From Eledone cirrhosa (Eukaryota): a stretch of DNA of 64,000 nucleotides. The notes beneath the pieces are model-generated. The model was given only the letters and a program-made list of their open reading frames with translations. It was not told the origin of the DNA and made no database searches. This document shows, piece by piece, positions 39,231-51,800 of this stretch (its first letter is position 1; each line of letters opens with the position of its first letter). The position numbers and the translations under genes are program-made. The stretch covers positions 38,316,001-38,380,000 of the forward strand of contig OZ024740.1 in assembly GCA_964016885.1 (NCBI GenBank). Direction: 5' to 3'.

Positions 39231-39869
39231 ATGCATGTGTATATACATGTGTATGTATGTGTGTGTTTATGTATATATGTGTGTGTATGTGTGCATATAT
39301 ATATATGTGTATTTCACCCTTTATAAGTCATCCTGATGCCATGTGAATCTGTGTGTTTATATGTATATATATGTATATATATGTGTATATATGTGTATAT
39401 ATGTGTATATATGTGTATATACGCATGCAGCAAAAAGCATCCAGCTCACACTGTAAACTGATCGTGTAGACATCACAGCAAAAAGCACCCAGTACTCACT
39501 GTAAATGAGGTTGGCGCTAGGAAGGACATGTAGAAACTAACCCCAAATCGGTCCTGTATGTGCAAGATATGTTCACCTGACCTAGCATTGCTCATAACAG
39601 GATAACTTGTCCAACCCATGCCAATGTGGAAAAAATTGATGTTAAACAGTGACAATGATGATGATGATGTGTATTACACCCTTTATATGTCATCCTGATG
39701 ACATATGTATCTGTGTGTCTATGTATGTGTATATGTGTGTATATATGTATGTGTATATATGTGTATTGCACTTTTTATAAATCATTCTGATGTCATATGT
39801 ATGTGTGTGTGTGAATGTGTATTGCACCTTATGTAGGTCATCCTGATGTCATGTGTATCTGTGTGTGTA

Positions 39870-41400
39870 TAATTATAATAATGAAATTATTGTGTACAGT
39901 GCTCAGGTGCACTACAACTCATCAAAGGTGCATGTATAGTACATAGAATAATGTACAAATGTCAGGAAAGTGAACAGTGTATGAGCCATGATATACATGT
40001 GTGTGTGTGTATGGAGGGGGGATATCAGGTGTAGTGTTGGTGAATCTCAGGAAGCATGGAGATTTTAAAGGATGCAGTGTCTCGGCAGCTAACAACTGAT
40101 GCAGGTAGTTTGTTCCATGCTTCAGCAACTCTGAGCGTGAAAAAATGTTTCTGAAAGTCATGGGAGCTGTGCTGTTTTCTGACTTTGTGGGCATGCCCAC
40201 AGACACATGGAATTAAAAAAGGTGCTCAGGGTTGTTGTTGGCAAGATGGTTAATAATTTTGTGGGTGTTTACTAAGACAGTTGCTAGATGTTGGAGCCTC
40301 AATGTATCCATGCCCAGGGAAGCAAGGTGTTCAGAGTATGGTAGATGCCTGATGGAGAGTATTCGCTTGGTTGCACATCTCTGAACAGTTTCCAGGCGGT
40401 CAATGTTCTGAGCAAGATAGGGGTTCCAGACTGGTGATGCAAATTCTAAGTTTGCCGCACCATAGCGATATACAGCTTTAAATAGTTAGCTGGAGAGCGG
40501 CTGACAAAGGTCTTGTTGAGTGATCCTAAGACACCCTCGGCCTTCTTGAGAATTTTAGAGATGTGCTTTGTCCAACGCAAATTGCTGCTGACCGTAATGC
40601 CCAGGTCATGTTCACAAGAAGACTTCTTGATATTAGTGTTGTGGAGGGAGTATGTGGATGCTGGGTTTTTCCTCCCATTGTGTCCAGGTCAGATTGCAGG
40701 AAAGATCTATAGTGTTCAGGATCTGTCCTTTTTATCTCAAGGTACAGCTTGATGTTATCTGCGTATTTCAGTACTGTGGCATTCTTTAAGTTGGCATCTA
40801 TGTCATTAATATATGCAACAAACAAAAGGGGACCAAGAACAGATCCTTGTGGTACACCAGATGGCATCTTATACAGTGAGGAATGCTGTCCTAGAACCGT
40901 GACTACCTCTCTTCGACTGAGACATCCGGGTGATGTCTTCAAGAAACTCGATAAGTTGATCACAGCAGCTGAAGTTAGGGATAAATCTAAATTGCAAGGG
41001 CCGGATGAGACTGTGAGAGTTGCAGAAGTTCCAAAGTGTTTCTCTGAAACAGGATTCCATCAGTTTGGCAATGCAGCTAGTAAGACTGACTGGACGATAG
41101 TTGACAGGCAATGTGTGGTGACTCTTTTCGAACAGGGGAATGACACTGACAGTTTTCCACTGCTCTGGAGTAGCACCATTATTAAAACAGAATTGAAAGA
41201 AGAGTGAAAGTTGGTGCAGAAGGAAGTACCCACCACGTTTGAGAAGTAGGTACATAACACCATTAAGATCAGTAATCTGGCTTGTGTGGGGATTATGAAG
41301 AAGACTAACTGGGGAGTGAGATCTCTGCTTTGAATGTACATATTTTCAGAGCACCTTACTGTCATGGTTGGTTGCTATACACTGTTCAAATTCAAGCACT
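39870..41400 (-). mobile_element. CR1/L2-group LINE, truncated and frameshifted RT
   Basis: NYRPVSLTSCIAKLME and SGVPQGSVLGPLLFVAYINDI...KYADNIKLY RT motifs; 3' end with (att)-rich tail at ~39875. Confidence 0.92.
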
Positions 41401-41603
41401 GTTTTTTTGTTACCTGCTTGAGATGGTTGGATGATTTATTTTGCTTTTTTCTATTGATATCTGATTTATACAGTTTGTATGTGTGTATTGTACCTTATAT
41501 AAGTTAACCTGATGTCATTTGTATGTGTTTGTATGAATATGTGTATATATGTGTATTGCATCTTTTATAAATCATCCTGATGTCATGGGTGTGTGTGTGT
41601 ATG

Positions 41604-41636
<33 letters not shown>

Positions 41637-41863
41637 GTTTGTGTGTATGTATATATATGTGTGTATGTATGTATATATATATATATATATATATGTGGGT
41701 GTGTGTATTGCACTTTTTACAAGTCATCCTGAAATGTATGTATGTGTTTATACATGTATATTTGTATATTGCACCTCATATAGATCAACGTGATGTCAGA
41801 TGCGTGTGCGTGTGTGTGTGTATGTGTATATTACACTTTTTACAAGTCATCCTGATATATACA

Positions 41864-42230
41864 TGGCTTAGTGGTTAGAGCATTGGCCTTGCAATCGAAA
41901 GGTTGTGAGTTCAATTCTCAGACCGGGTCATGTGTTGTTTCCTTGAGCAAGACACTTTATTTCACATTGCTCCAGTTTACTCAGCTGTAGAAATGAGATG
42001 ATAGGGACTGGGGTCCCTATCATTCCACTGCAAAGTGGTCGTGGAGGTGCCACGGCAAAAAAAGCACCCAGCACTCACTGTAAATGAGGTTGGTGTTAGG
42101 AAGGGCATCCAGCTGTAGAAATCAAGCCAGAATCAATTCCCGTCCCACCCTTGCAAGCAGGGAAAAGTGGACGTAAAATGAAAATATGCAAGCAGGGAAA
42201 AGCGGACGTAAAAGGATGATGATGATGATC
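41864..42230 (+). mobile_element. tRNA-derived CORE-like SINE with RTE-derived tail (family B)
   Basis: A box tggcttagtgg; B box gagttcaattc; CORE-like ccttgagcaagacactttat...ctcagctgtagaaatg. The tail is shared with the RTE 3' UTR and ends in (gat)n. Confidence 0.85.
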
Positions 42231-42394
42231 TGTATATGTGTATACATGTATGTATGTATATTGCACCTTTTATAAATCAACCTGCTGTCATGATAAATCA
42301 TGATGTTTTGATACATCAAAAGAAAACAAAATCTATTTTGATGTAATTTCCAGAAGCTCTTAAGTATTGAAATCTGAATATATTCTCATGACTT

Positions 42395-42790
42395 CATCAT
42401 CATCATCATCATCATCATTTTACATCCACTTTTCCCTGCTTGCAAGGGTGGGATGGGAACTGATTCTGGCTTGATTTCTACAGCTGGATGCCCTTCCTAA
42501 CACCAACCTCATTTACAGTGAGTGCTGGGTGCTTTTTTGCCGTGGCACCTACACGACCACTTTGCAGTGAGTGCTGGGTGCTTTTTTGCCATGGCACCTA
42601 CACGACCACTTTGCAGTGGAATGATAGGGACCCCAGTCCCTATCATCTCATTTCTACAGCTGAGTAAACTGGAGCAATGTGAAATAAAGTGTCTTGCTTA
42701 AGGAAACAACACATCACCCGGTCTGAGAATTGAACTCACAACCTTTTGATTGCAAGGCCAATGCTCTAACCACTAAGCCATGTGCCTCCA
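42395..42790 (-). mobile_element. SINE family B, inverted relative to previous copy
   Basis: Near-identical reverse complement of 41864-42230, with a ~50-bp internal duplication. Confidence 0.88.
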
Positions 42791-43280
42791 TATATACATT
42801 CCCACAATTAACAAATATTACAATTGACTAATACATATTTCTAAATTTCTAAATTTACTACGAATTATAGTATAACAGGAAATAAATTTGTTAAAAAATA
42901 CAAACTGAAACACATGTAATTCTCAGAAACTTCCAGAATAAAAATGAAATTTAAACATTGAATATTTTTGGTTTAAAAAACAAACCTAATAGAGTAAATT
43001 CAGCTAATTTCTTCTTTTTTTAATTGAATGGATTTAATATATTGAACAAATTGATTTAGATATTAATTCTTAAGCTCTTGTTCTGTATGAAATCATATTA
43101 ACAAGACATTTTTGAAAAGTACAGAACAACAAACACTATGACTGCATCACATTAAAAATTAAAGTCTTTACTCTAATACTGCAGATTGTTATAACAATCT
43201 GTCCACTAACAAAGATACTATAAACAATTTGATTAACAACTTTTTTCTTTGGATATTTTTTGCTGAATCATTACAGTATA

Positions 43281-43498
43281 TTTAGCATTTAAACCGGCCA
43301 TATCCAACCAGAATTCTCTCACCACTTTCTGTTCAAACTGGCCATAACCGGCTGCTCATGATTGTGTTAAGGTATTGTTTTCAAAATAAATAATATCAAA
43401 ATCTTGTAGATTCGATATTATGTGAGATAATTATATGAAATAAAGAATTTATCATGAAAATACAATAATAAATATAGAGTAATGTAAATGCTAAAGGG
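43281..43498. mobile_element. TTAA-type MITE (second copy)
   Basis: Reverse complement homologue of 15710-15930; ends taaatgctaaaggg|TTAA. Confidence 0.68.
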
Positions 43499-44157
43499 TT
43501 AAGAGATAAGATATGTATGATGTTGCTGACATTATACATATGTTAGTGGTAAGAGAAACCACTGTTAAAATACATTAGAAGTATTGCTTATATGATTTAA
43601 TATGAATAATTATAGAGGAACTTACCTAAATTCACAAAGTTCAAGTTCGAAAACTAATGTGTTGTGAGAGTGAGAGAAGATGATGCAATTATGAGGCAAA
43701 TGAGGCGTTAACGAGATAAATTCCTTGAACAGGTGAGATAAGAACTGGCTATTGAACTGTCTGACAGAAGGATAACAGGAAGATTAAATTAAAAGAAAAG
43801 ATTTCAGCTGTAGGCACTGCTTAGAAGTTTCCCACACTTGACAGAGACAACACCTTTATATATATATTGTATATATATTCACACATACCTACATATACAT
43901 ACATATATATATATATACACCATGCCTACACACCCACACACATATACATACTTGCATATATATAAATATACACATACATATATATATGTGTGTGTGTATA
44001 TATATATATATTTGCATATATATGCATACATATATACGTATAATATATATATATATGTATATATACATATATTTATATATGCATATATGTTTATTCATAT
44101 ATGCATGTATACACACACATATATAGATATATACACATATGTATATATATACGTGTA

Positions 44158-44392
44158 TACTTTATTTCACATTGCTCCAGTTTACTCAGCTGTAGAAATG
44201 AGATGATAGGGACTGAGGTCCCTATCATTCCACTGCAAAGTGGTCGTGGAGGTGCCACGGCAAAAAGCACCCAGCACTCACTGTAAATGAGGTTGGCGTT
44301 AGGAAGGGCATCCAGCTGTAGAAATCAAGCCAGAATCAGTTCCCGTCCCACCCTTGCAAGCAGGGAAAAGTGGACGTAAAATGATGATGATG
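44158..44392 (+). mobile_element. SINE family B, 5'-truncated
   Basis: Near-identical to 41953-42185. Confidence 0.88.
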
Positions 44393-44699
44393 GTACAGGA
44401 TTTCCACCCAAATTTCAACACAATCAACTTCAAATTCATCTTCTTCTGTGCCAAATATGTCATGGTCAATTCAAATGTTGTCCTTACTGTAGGCTGGAGT
44501 GTACTGTTTTAATTTTAAAGAGTGACAAGGAATGGTGAGGCATTGATATCAGTGATTACTTGTCTCAGAATTGTAGAAAAATGGAAACATTTAAAAATCT
44601 TGCAAAATGTTACAAGTTTTGTATTATAGAAATTGTTACAGCTTGTATTACCTTTGAGATAGCAGGAAGACTAACTAAAAATGTAGAGTTTATATCTTG

Positions 44700-45806
44700 C
44701 TAATGCACAGGAGCAATAAGCAACAAGCTCCGTCAAATGGAAATAGTCGATAGTTTCTGCTACCTAGTGGACCAAATTATAAGTAGGAGTGGGTGTTCTG
44801 AAAGTACAGTAGCCAGAGTTAGGACTGGTTGGAAAAAGTTTAGGGGGCTACTTCCACTGCTAGCTACAAAGGGTCTTTCCCTCAGAGTGAAAGGCAGACT
44901 GTATGATGTTTGTGTGCAAACATCTATTCTACATGGTAGTTAGACTTGAACTTTGTGTATGGAGGATTTATAAAGATAGGAAAGAAATGAGGCGAGCATG
45001 CTCTGGTGGGAGTGTAATAATAGTGTAAATGAGTGATGAAGTATTAATGAGCCAAGAGAAAAACTAGGCATTAGAGGCATCAGGTGCAGTGTGCAGGAGA
45101 GGAGACTGCAATGGTATGGACATGTAATGTGTATGAAGGATGACAGCTGCATAAAGAAATGCAGGGCACTTGAAGACAAAGGAACCCTTGGTTATGTAGG
45201 TGTCACAACAAAAAGCACCCAGCCTATTCTGTAAAGTGGTCGTGTAGGAGTCACAACAATAAGCACCCAGCCTATACTGTAAAGTGGTCGTGTAGGAGTC
45301 ACAACAAAAAGCCCACACTGTAAATCTGGTTGGCATTAGGAAGGGTATCCAGAAACAGTTCTATATGAGCAAGACATGGTCACCTGACCCAACTTACCTC
45401 AAATGGGACAACCTATCTAACCCATGCTAGCGTAGAAAGTGGGCGTTAAACGATGATGATGATACGTGTCATGACAAAAAGCCCCAAGCTCACACTGTAA
45501 AATGGTTGTGTAGGTGACACAACAAAAAGTCCCCAGCTCACACAGTAAAGTGGTCATGTAGGTGCCATGAGAAAAAACGCCCAGTCCACACTGTAAAGTG
45601 GTCATGTAGGTGTCACAATAAAAGGAACCCAGCACACACTGTTAATGTGGTTGGTGTTAGAAAGGGCTTCCAGCCATAGAAACCAAGCCAAACAAGTTCT
45701 GTATGGGCAAGACATGGTCATCTGACTTGGCTTGTCTCACAATGGGGCAACTCGTTTAACCCATGCTAGTGCAGAATAATGGATGTTAAATGGTAATGAT
45801 GATGAT
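44700..45806 (+). mobile_element. RTE LINE 3' part with duplicated 3' UTR
   Basis: MEIVDSFCYL...ARVRTGWKKFRGLLPLL...LSLRVKGRLYDVCV..ILHGS, then RRLQWYGHV. Two 3' UTR copies with 49-bp internal repeats. Confidence 0.85.
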
Positions 45807-45933
45807 ATACATGCTATTCAGTGAATTACTGATGGTGGTACCAAAACAAGCACTCGATGTACAGGCAGAGTGTATATATTAATAAGGATGATGAAGTTTT
45901 GTTTACATGTATTTAGATTTTATTGTGTATCGA

Positions 45934-46022
45934 CCTCTTATGCACGTTTCGCAGAGGATTGACTCAGAGTCACCTATAAAAGTTATGGACCCAACTCCAT
46001 TATCGATCTGCTCTTCAGACTG
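45934..46022 (-). ncRNA. Degenerate hammerhead motif with long stem II (PLE pseudo-LTR-like)
   Basis: Minus strand CTGAAGA-gcaga...tctgc-GAA-acgtgcat-A-agagg, followed by AATAAA. Stems I and III are mismatched. Confidence 0.45.
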
Positions 46023-46149
46023 GTGATGTGACAAAAAAGATAGTGTTTGTTGTGATTTGTGAGATGATGGGTGTATATATAAGTATTGGCCCTATTTTTT
46101 TTTATATGGGCATATGTGGATGTTGGAAGTAATAGGTAGGGCTGTATCT

Positions 46150-46430
46150 TCTTTAAAGTCTGTCTTAAGCCAGAAGGCTCATTTGGCCAGTGCTTATCCC
46201 GGTTTCATGGCGTGAAGCGACTGAGAGTACAAGAATCCCCCCTGGACAGGTCGCCAGTCCATCACAGGGTTAAACCCCCAGCTATTGCTGGTACTCATTT
46301 TCAACTGAGTATACTGGAGCAATGTGAAATTAAGTGTTTTGCTCAACAACACAATACATAACCCAGGAATCGAACCCACAACATTATGATCGTAAGTCCA
46401 ACACCCTTACCACTAGGCCACGTGCCTCCA
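46150..46430 (-). mobile_element. tRNA-derived CORE-like SINE with a different tail (family C)
   Basis: Minus strand: ggaggcacgtggcctagtggtaaggg head, ggttcgattcc B box, CORE-like segment, then accctgtgatggactggcgacctgtccagggg. Confidence 0.8.
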
Positions 46431-47349
46431 CCTTTGTTTGTATATACACATATATATTCATGTGTGTGTGTGTTAGTATGTGAATTGGCCATTCAAAACC
46501 TAGCTTTTGTTAAACAGAAAACTAAATGGGAGGGTGACTATATTGGTGTTGGGGTGTGGTGTGTGCCAGCCTACGATAACCCAGTATAAGATCATTACCT
46601 CCATAGTGACAATTCACAGTTGACGAATACGGCCACCAAGTAAATAAAAAGATAAATAAATAAGTTGATGAATGAATTTGTTCATACAGAGTGTGTTAAT
46701 AAAAATAATAATAAAATAATCTATATAAGACAATCACAGTCACAATAGGTGGACAGCGGCTACCAGGTAAATAATTGAATTAATTAATAAGTTGAATGAA
46801 TATGTCCATACAGAGTGTAATAATAGTAATGAAATGTTAATATATAAAACAAATACAATAACACAACAAGTATATATGTGCATGTGCACACACACACACA
46901 CACACATACATAGCTTCATGCATACAAACATGCATACAAACATGCATACATGCATAGATACCAACACACAGGCATACACATGTATGGACATACATATATA
47001 CATATAGATACATACACACTTGCACATCCTTATAACTGCAAACATACTTGTGTGCATGTGTGCATGCAAGGATGTGTGCACTGATGTGCATGCATCTGTG
47101 TGCATGTGAGCATGTATATTCAATTGCATATACACACATACACACTTGCATACACTCGTATGTTTACAGGTTTATTCATGAATCTGTGTAGTAACATGCA
47201 CATACATAGGAATATACACATAGACACACACATGCAGACACCTGATTGCCCACAGACATACACCCACATATACACCAATGTATATATATAAAAAACAAGT
47301 AAGGATGCACAAATACATATATATATAAGTAGGGGAACATTTTTCATAA

Positions 47350-47640
47350 TTAATAATAATGAAAATATTGTGTACAGTGCTCAGGTGCACTACAACTCAT
47401 CAAAAGTGTATGTATAGTACATAGGGTAATGTACAAACGTCAGGAAAATGAACAGTGCATGAGTCATGTGATATACACATGTGCGCATGTGTATGGAAGG
47501 GGGACATCAGATGTAGTTTTGGCGAATTTCGGGAAGCATGAGGGTTTTAAAGGATGCAGTGTCTCGGCAGCTAACAACTGACGCAGGCAGTTTGTTCCAT
47601 GCTTCAGCAACTCTAAGCATGAAAAAATGTTTCTGAAAGG
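47350..47640 (-). mobile_element. CR1-like LINE 3' end fragment
   Basis: Near-identical to 39870-40160. Confidence 0.82.
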
Positions 47641-47739
47641 GTCCATTAACTTGTTTGAGTATGGCAATCCTGATAAAGCTGTGTGTTAGGTGGAGATTTT
47701 ACTGTTGGGTTCGTGTTCCTCAGGGTCTGTGTGTCTGTA

Positions 47740-48135
47740 TATGTGGTGAACAGGTGCACATGTTTGTGTAAGCAGTTCATCACAACTTCGGACCTCGAGT
47801 TGATTCTGTGTTGCTTAAGCTTGATGATTTCTAGAGATTCTGAAAGGCACAACTGGCAGTACTTGCCTCATAAATGGAATGGGAGTTCATGCTTAATGAA
47901 TACCCATTCCATCCTAAAGCTGATGTTTCTGTCCTTTAGCCACCATACTTGCTGCTTTGTGATATTTTGTGCCAATGTCTGAAGGAGCAGGGATGGTTGT
48001 AGGAACAGGATTTTAAATCTTTTCCAGTTGCACCTATGTAGATGTATTTTTTGTTGTCCTCTGCATTAATGGTGCATCTGTAGACAATTCCAGAGACTAG
48101 GCAGTTGTTTTTTAGCAGGCACTCCGTATGGGATA
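47740..48135 (-). mobile_element. Penelope-like element GIY-YIG endonuclease remnant
   Basis: ECLLKNNCLVSGIVYRC...KYIYIGATGKDLKSCSYNHPCSF and CLSESLEII...RINSRSEVVMNCLHK, frameshifted. Confidence 0.88.
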
Positions 48136-48156
48136 TACAATATATATATATATATG

Positions 48157-48346
48157 ATATAAGCAAGTATTGCATCAAGAAAAATATAGACTTCGGCGAG
48201 AAGGTACAGAAAAAATTTATTGGCTTTAACATATGTTTCTGTGTCTATTATAATAGTCACAGAAACAAGTGTTGAAGCCAATAAATTCTTTCTGCCCTTT
48301 CTCGCCGAAGTCTATATTTTTCTTGGTGCAATACTTGCTTATGTTA
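48157..48346. mobile_element. PLE-like fold-back pseudo-LTR end containing half-hammerheads
   Basis: ~190-bp hairpin centred on ctattataatag. Each arm reads GAA-ACA.(.)TGT-T-RAAGCC-AATAAA. Confidence 0.6.
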
Positions 48347-48821
48347 TATACTCCATGATCTCTTCTGGAGATATATACCATATTCCCCTGCTTCGATATA
48401 TATGTTATACGAATCAAAGATACTGTTGAGTTAAATTCTCTAGTAAGCAGCTATCCTGTTTAAGCAATCATTCTTGATATACATAAACAAAATTTTATCT
48501 GCCCTCACATATATAGTAAATTTTCTACACGATGGTAGTCGTGATAATGGTAATGGTGGTGGTACCAATGCTAATCATGATGGTGGTGATGGTGGTGACA
48601 GTGGTGGTGATGGTGGTGGCGATGGTGGTGCTGGCAGTGGTGGTGTAACTGTAAAGTGTGTTAACAATTTATGTGGAAGATATACAATAAATTATATTTT
48701 CTAATTTCCATATTTCCTGAAAATTTAAACTTTAATATCCAAAATGATTGACTTTAGTTTGTCTGATTGGTGAAAAATGGTGTCACTGTGTCACCTACTC
48801 TTTATGTATCATTCAGTCACT

Positions 48822-51800
48822 CTGTCACTGTGCCATATAAATGTACCACTGTCACTGTACCATATAAATGTACCACTGTGTCACTGTACCATATAAATGT
48901 ACCACTGTATCTCTGTACCATATAAATGTACCACTGTCACGGTACCATATAAATGTACCACTGTCACTGTACCATATAAATGTACCACTGTCTCTGTACC
49001 ATATAAATGTACCACTGTCACTGTACCATATAAATGTACCACTGTCACTGTACCATATAAATGTACCACTGTGTCACTGTACCATATAAATGTACCACTG
49101 TCACTGTACCATATAAGTGTACCACTGTGTCACTGTACCATATAAATGTACCACTGTCATTGTACCATATAAATGTACCACTGTGTCACTGTACCATATA
49201 AATGTACCTCTGTCACTGTACCATATAAATGTACCACTGTCACTGTACCATATAAATGCACCACTGTCACTGTACCATATAAATGTACCACTGTCACTGT
49301 ACCATATAAATGTACCTCTGTCACTGTGCCATATAAATGTACCACTGTCACTGTACCATATAAATGTACCACTGTGTCACTGTACCATATAAATGTACCA
49401 CTGTATCTCTGTACCATATAAATGTACCACTGTCACGGTACCATATAAATGTACCACTGTCACTGTACCATATAAATGTACCACTGTCTCTGTACCATAT
49501 AAATGTACCACTGTCACTGTACCATATAAATGTACCACTGTCACTGTACCATATAAATGTACCACTGTCACTGTACCATATAAATGTACCACTGTCACTG
49601 TACCATATAAATGTACCACTGTGTCACTGTACCATATAAATGTACCACTGTCACTGTACCATATAAATGTACCACTGTGTCACTGTACCATATAAATGTA
49701 CCACTGCCACTGTACCATATAAATGTACCACTGTCACTGTACCATATAAATGTACCACTGTGTCACTGTACCATATAAATGTACCACTGTATCTCTGTAC
49801 CATATAAATGTACCATTGTCACTGTACCATATAAATGTACCACTGTCACTGTACCATATAAATGTACCACTGTCTCTGTACCATATAAATGTACCACTGT
49901 CACTGTACCACTATCACTGTACCATATAAATGTACCACTGTCACTGTACCATATAAATGTACCACTGTCACTGTACCATATAAATGTACCACTGTGTCAC
50001 TGTACCATATAAATGTACCACTGTCACTGTACCATATAAATGTACCACTGTCTCTGTACCATATAAATGTACCACTGTCACTGTACCATATAAATGTACC
50101 ACTGTCACTGTACCATATAAATGTACCACTGTGTCACTGTACCATATAAATGTACCACTGTCACTGTACCATATAAATGTACCACTGTGTCACTGTACCA
50201 TATAAATGTACCACTGTCACTGTACTATATAAATGTACCACTGTGTCACTGTACCATATAAATGTACCACTGTATCTCTGTACCATATAAATGTACCACT
50301 GTCACTGTACCATATAAATGTACCACTGTCACTGTACCATATAAATGTACCACTGTCACTGTACCATATAAATGTACCACTGTCTCTGTACCATATAAAT
50401 GTACCACTGTCACTGTACCATATAAATGTACCACTGTCACTGTACCATATAAATGTACCACTGTGTCACTGTACCATATAAATGTACCACTGTCACTATA
50501 CCATATAAATGTACCACTGTCACTGTACCATATAAATGTACCACTGTGTCACTGTACCATATAAATGTACCACTTTCACTGTACCATATAAATGTACCAC
50601 TGTCACTGTACCATATAAATGTACCACTGTGTCACTGTACCATATAAATGTACCACTGTCATTGTACCATATAAATGTACCACTGTCTCTGTACCATATA
50701 AATGTACCACTGTCACTGTACCATATAAATGTACCACTGTCACTGTACCATATAAATGTACCACTGTGTCACTGTACCATATAAATGTACCACTGTCACT
50801 GTACCATATAAATGTACCACTGTGTCACTGTACCATATAAATGTACCACTGTCACTGTACCATATAAATGTACCACTGTCACTGTACCATATAAATGTAC
50901 CACTGTCACTGTACTATATAAATGTACCACTGTGTCACTGTACCATATAAATGTACCACTGTCACTGTACCATATAAGTGTACCACTGTGTCACTGTACC
51001 ATATAAATGTACCACTGTCACTGTACCATATAAATGTACCACTGTCACTGTACCATATAAATGTACCACTGTCTCTGTACCATATAAATGTACCACTGTG
51101 TCACTGTACCATATAAATGCACCACTGTCACTGTACCATATAAATGTACCACTATCACTGTACCGTATAAATGTACCACTGTCACTGTACCATATAAATG
51201 TACCCCTGTCACTGTACCATATAAATGTACCACTGTCACTGTCCCATATAAATGTACCACTGTGTCACTGTACCATATAAATATACCACTGTCTCACTGT
51301 ACCATATAAATGTACCACTGTGTCACTGTACCATATAAATGTACCACTGTGTCACTGTACCATATAAATGTACCACTGTCTCTGTACCATATAAATGTAC
51401 CACTGTCACTGTACCATATATATGTACCACTGTGTCACTGTACCATATAAATGTACCACTGTGTCACTGTACCATATAAATGTACCACTGTCACTGTACC
51501 ATATAAATGTACCACTGTGTCTCTGTACCATATAAATGTACCACTGTCTCTGTACCATATAAATGTACCACTGTCACTGTACCATATATATGTACCACTG
51601 TGTCACTGTACCATATAAATGTACCACTGTGTCACTGTACCATATAAATGTACCACTGTCACTGTACCATATATATGTACCACTGTGTCACTGTACCATA
51701 TAAATGTACCACTGTCTCTGTACCATATAAATGTACCACTGTCACTGTACTATATAATTCTACCACTGTGTCACTGTACCATATAAATGTACCACTGTCT

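Larger units (their letters stand above)
39305..42295. repeat. Old array of ~36-bp cores separated by TG/TA microsatellite spacers, interrupted by TEs
   Basis: Core gtgtattgcaccttttataagtcatcctgatgtcat at ~39307, 39669, 39761, 39817, 41483, 41551, 41703, 41764, 41826, 42256. Confidence 0.8.

Noticed and set aside
41864-41925. tRNA gene
   Set aside because: The A and B boxes are the head of a SINE; there is no cloverleaf 3' end and the sequence continues into a CORE-like domain.
39305-42295. CRISPR-like repeat-spacer appearance
   Set aside because: Eukaryotic context; spacers are microsatellites and TEs of variable length; repeats are degenerate; no cas genes.
26145-47390. Y/I/C/V/H/T-rich ORFs at 26145-26506, 38899-39336, 41504-41878, 43838-44286, 46740-47390
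   Set aside because: Translations of AT, AC and GT microsatellites.
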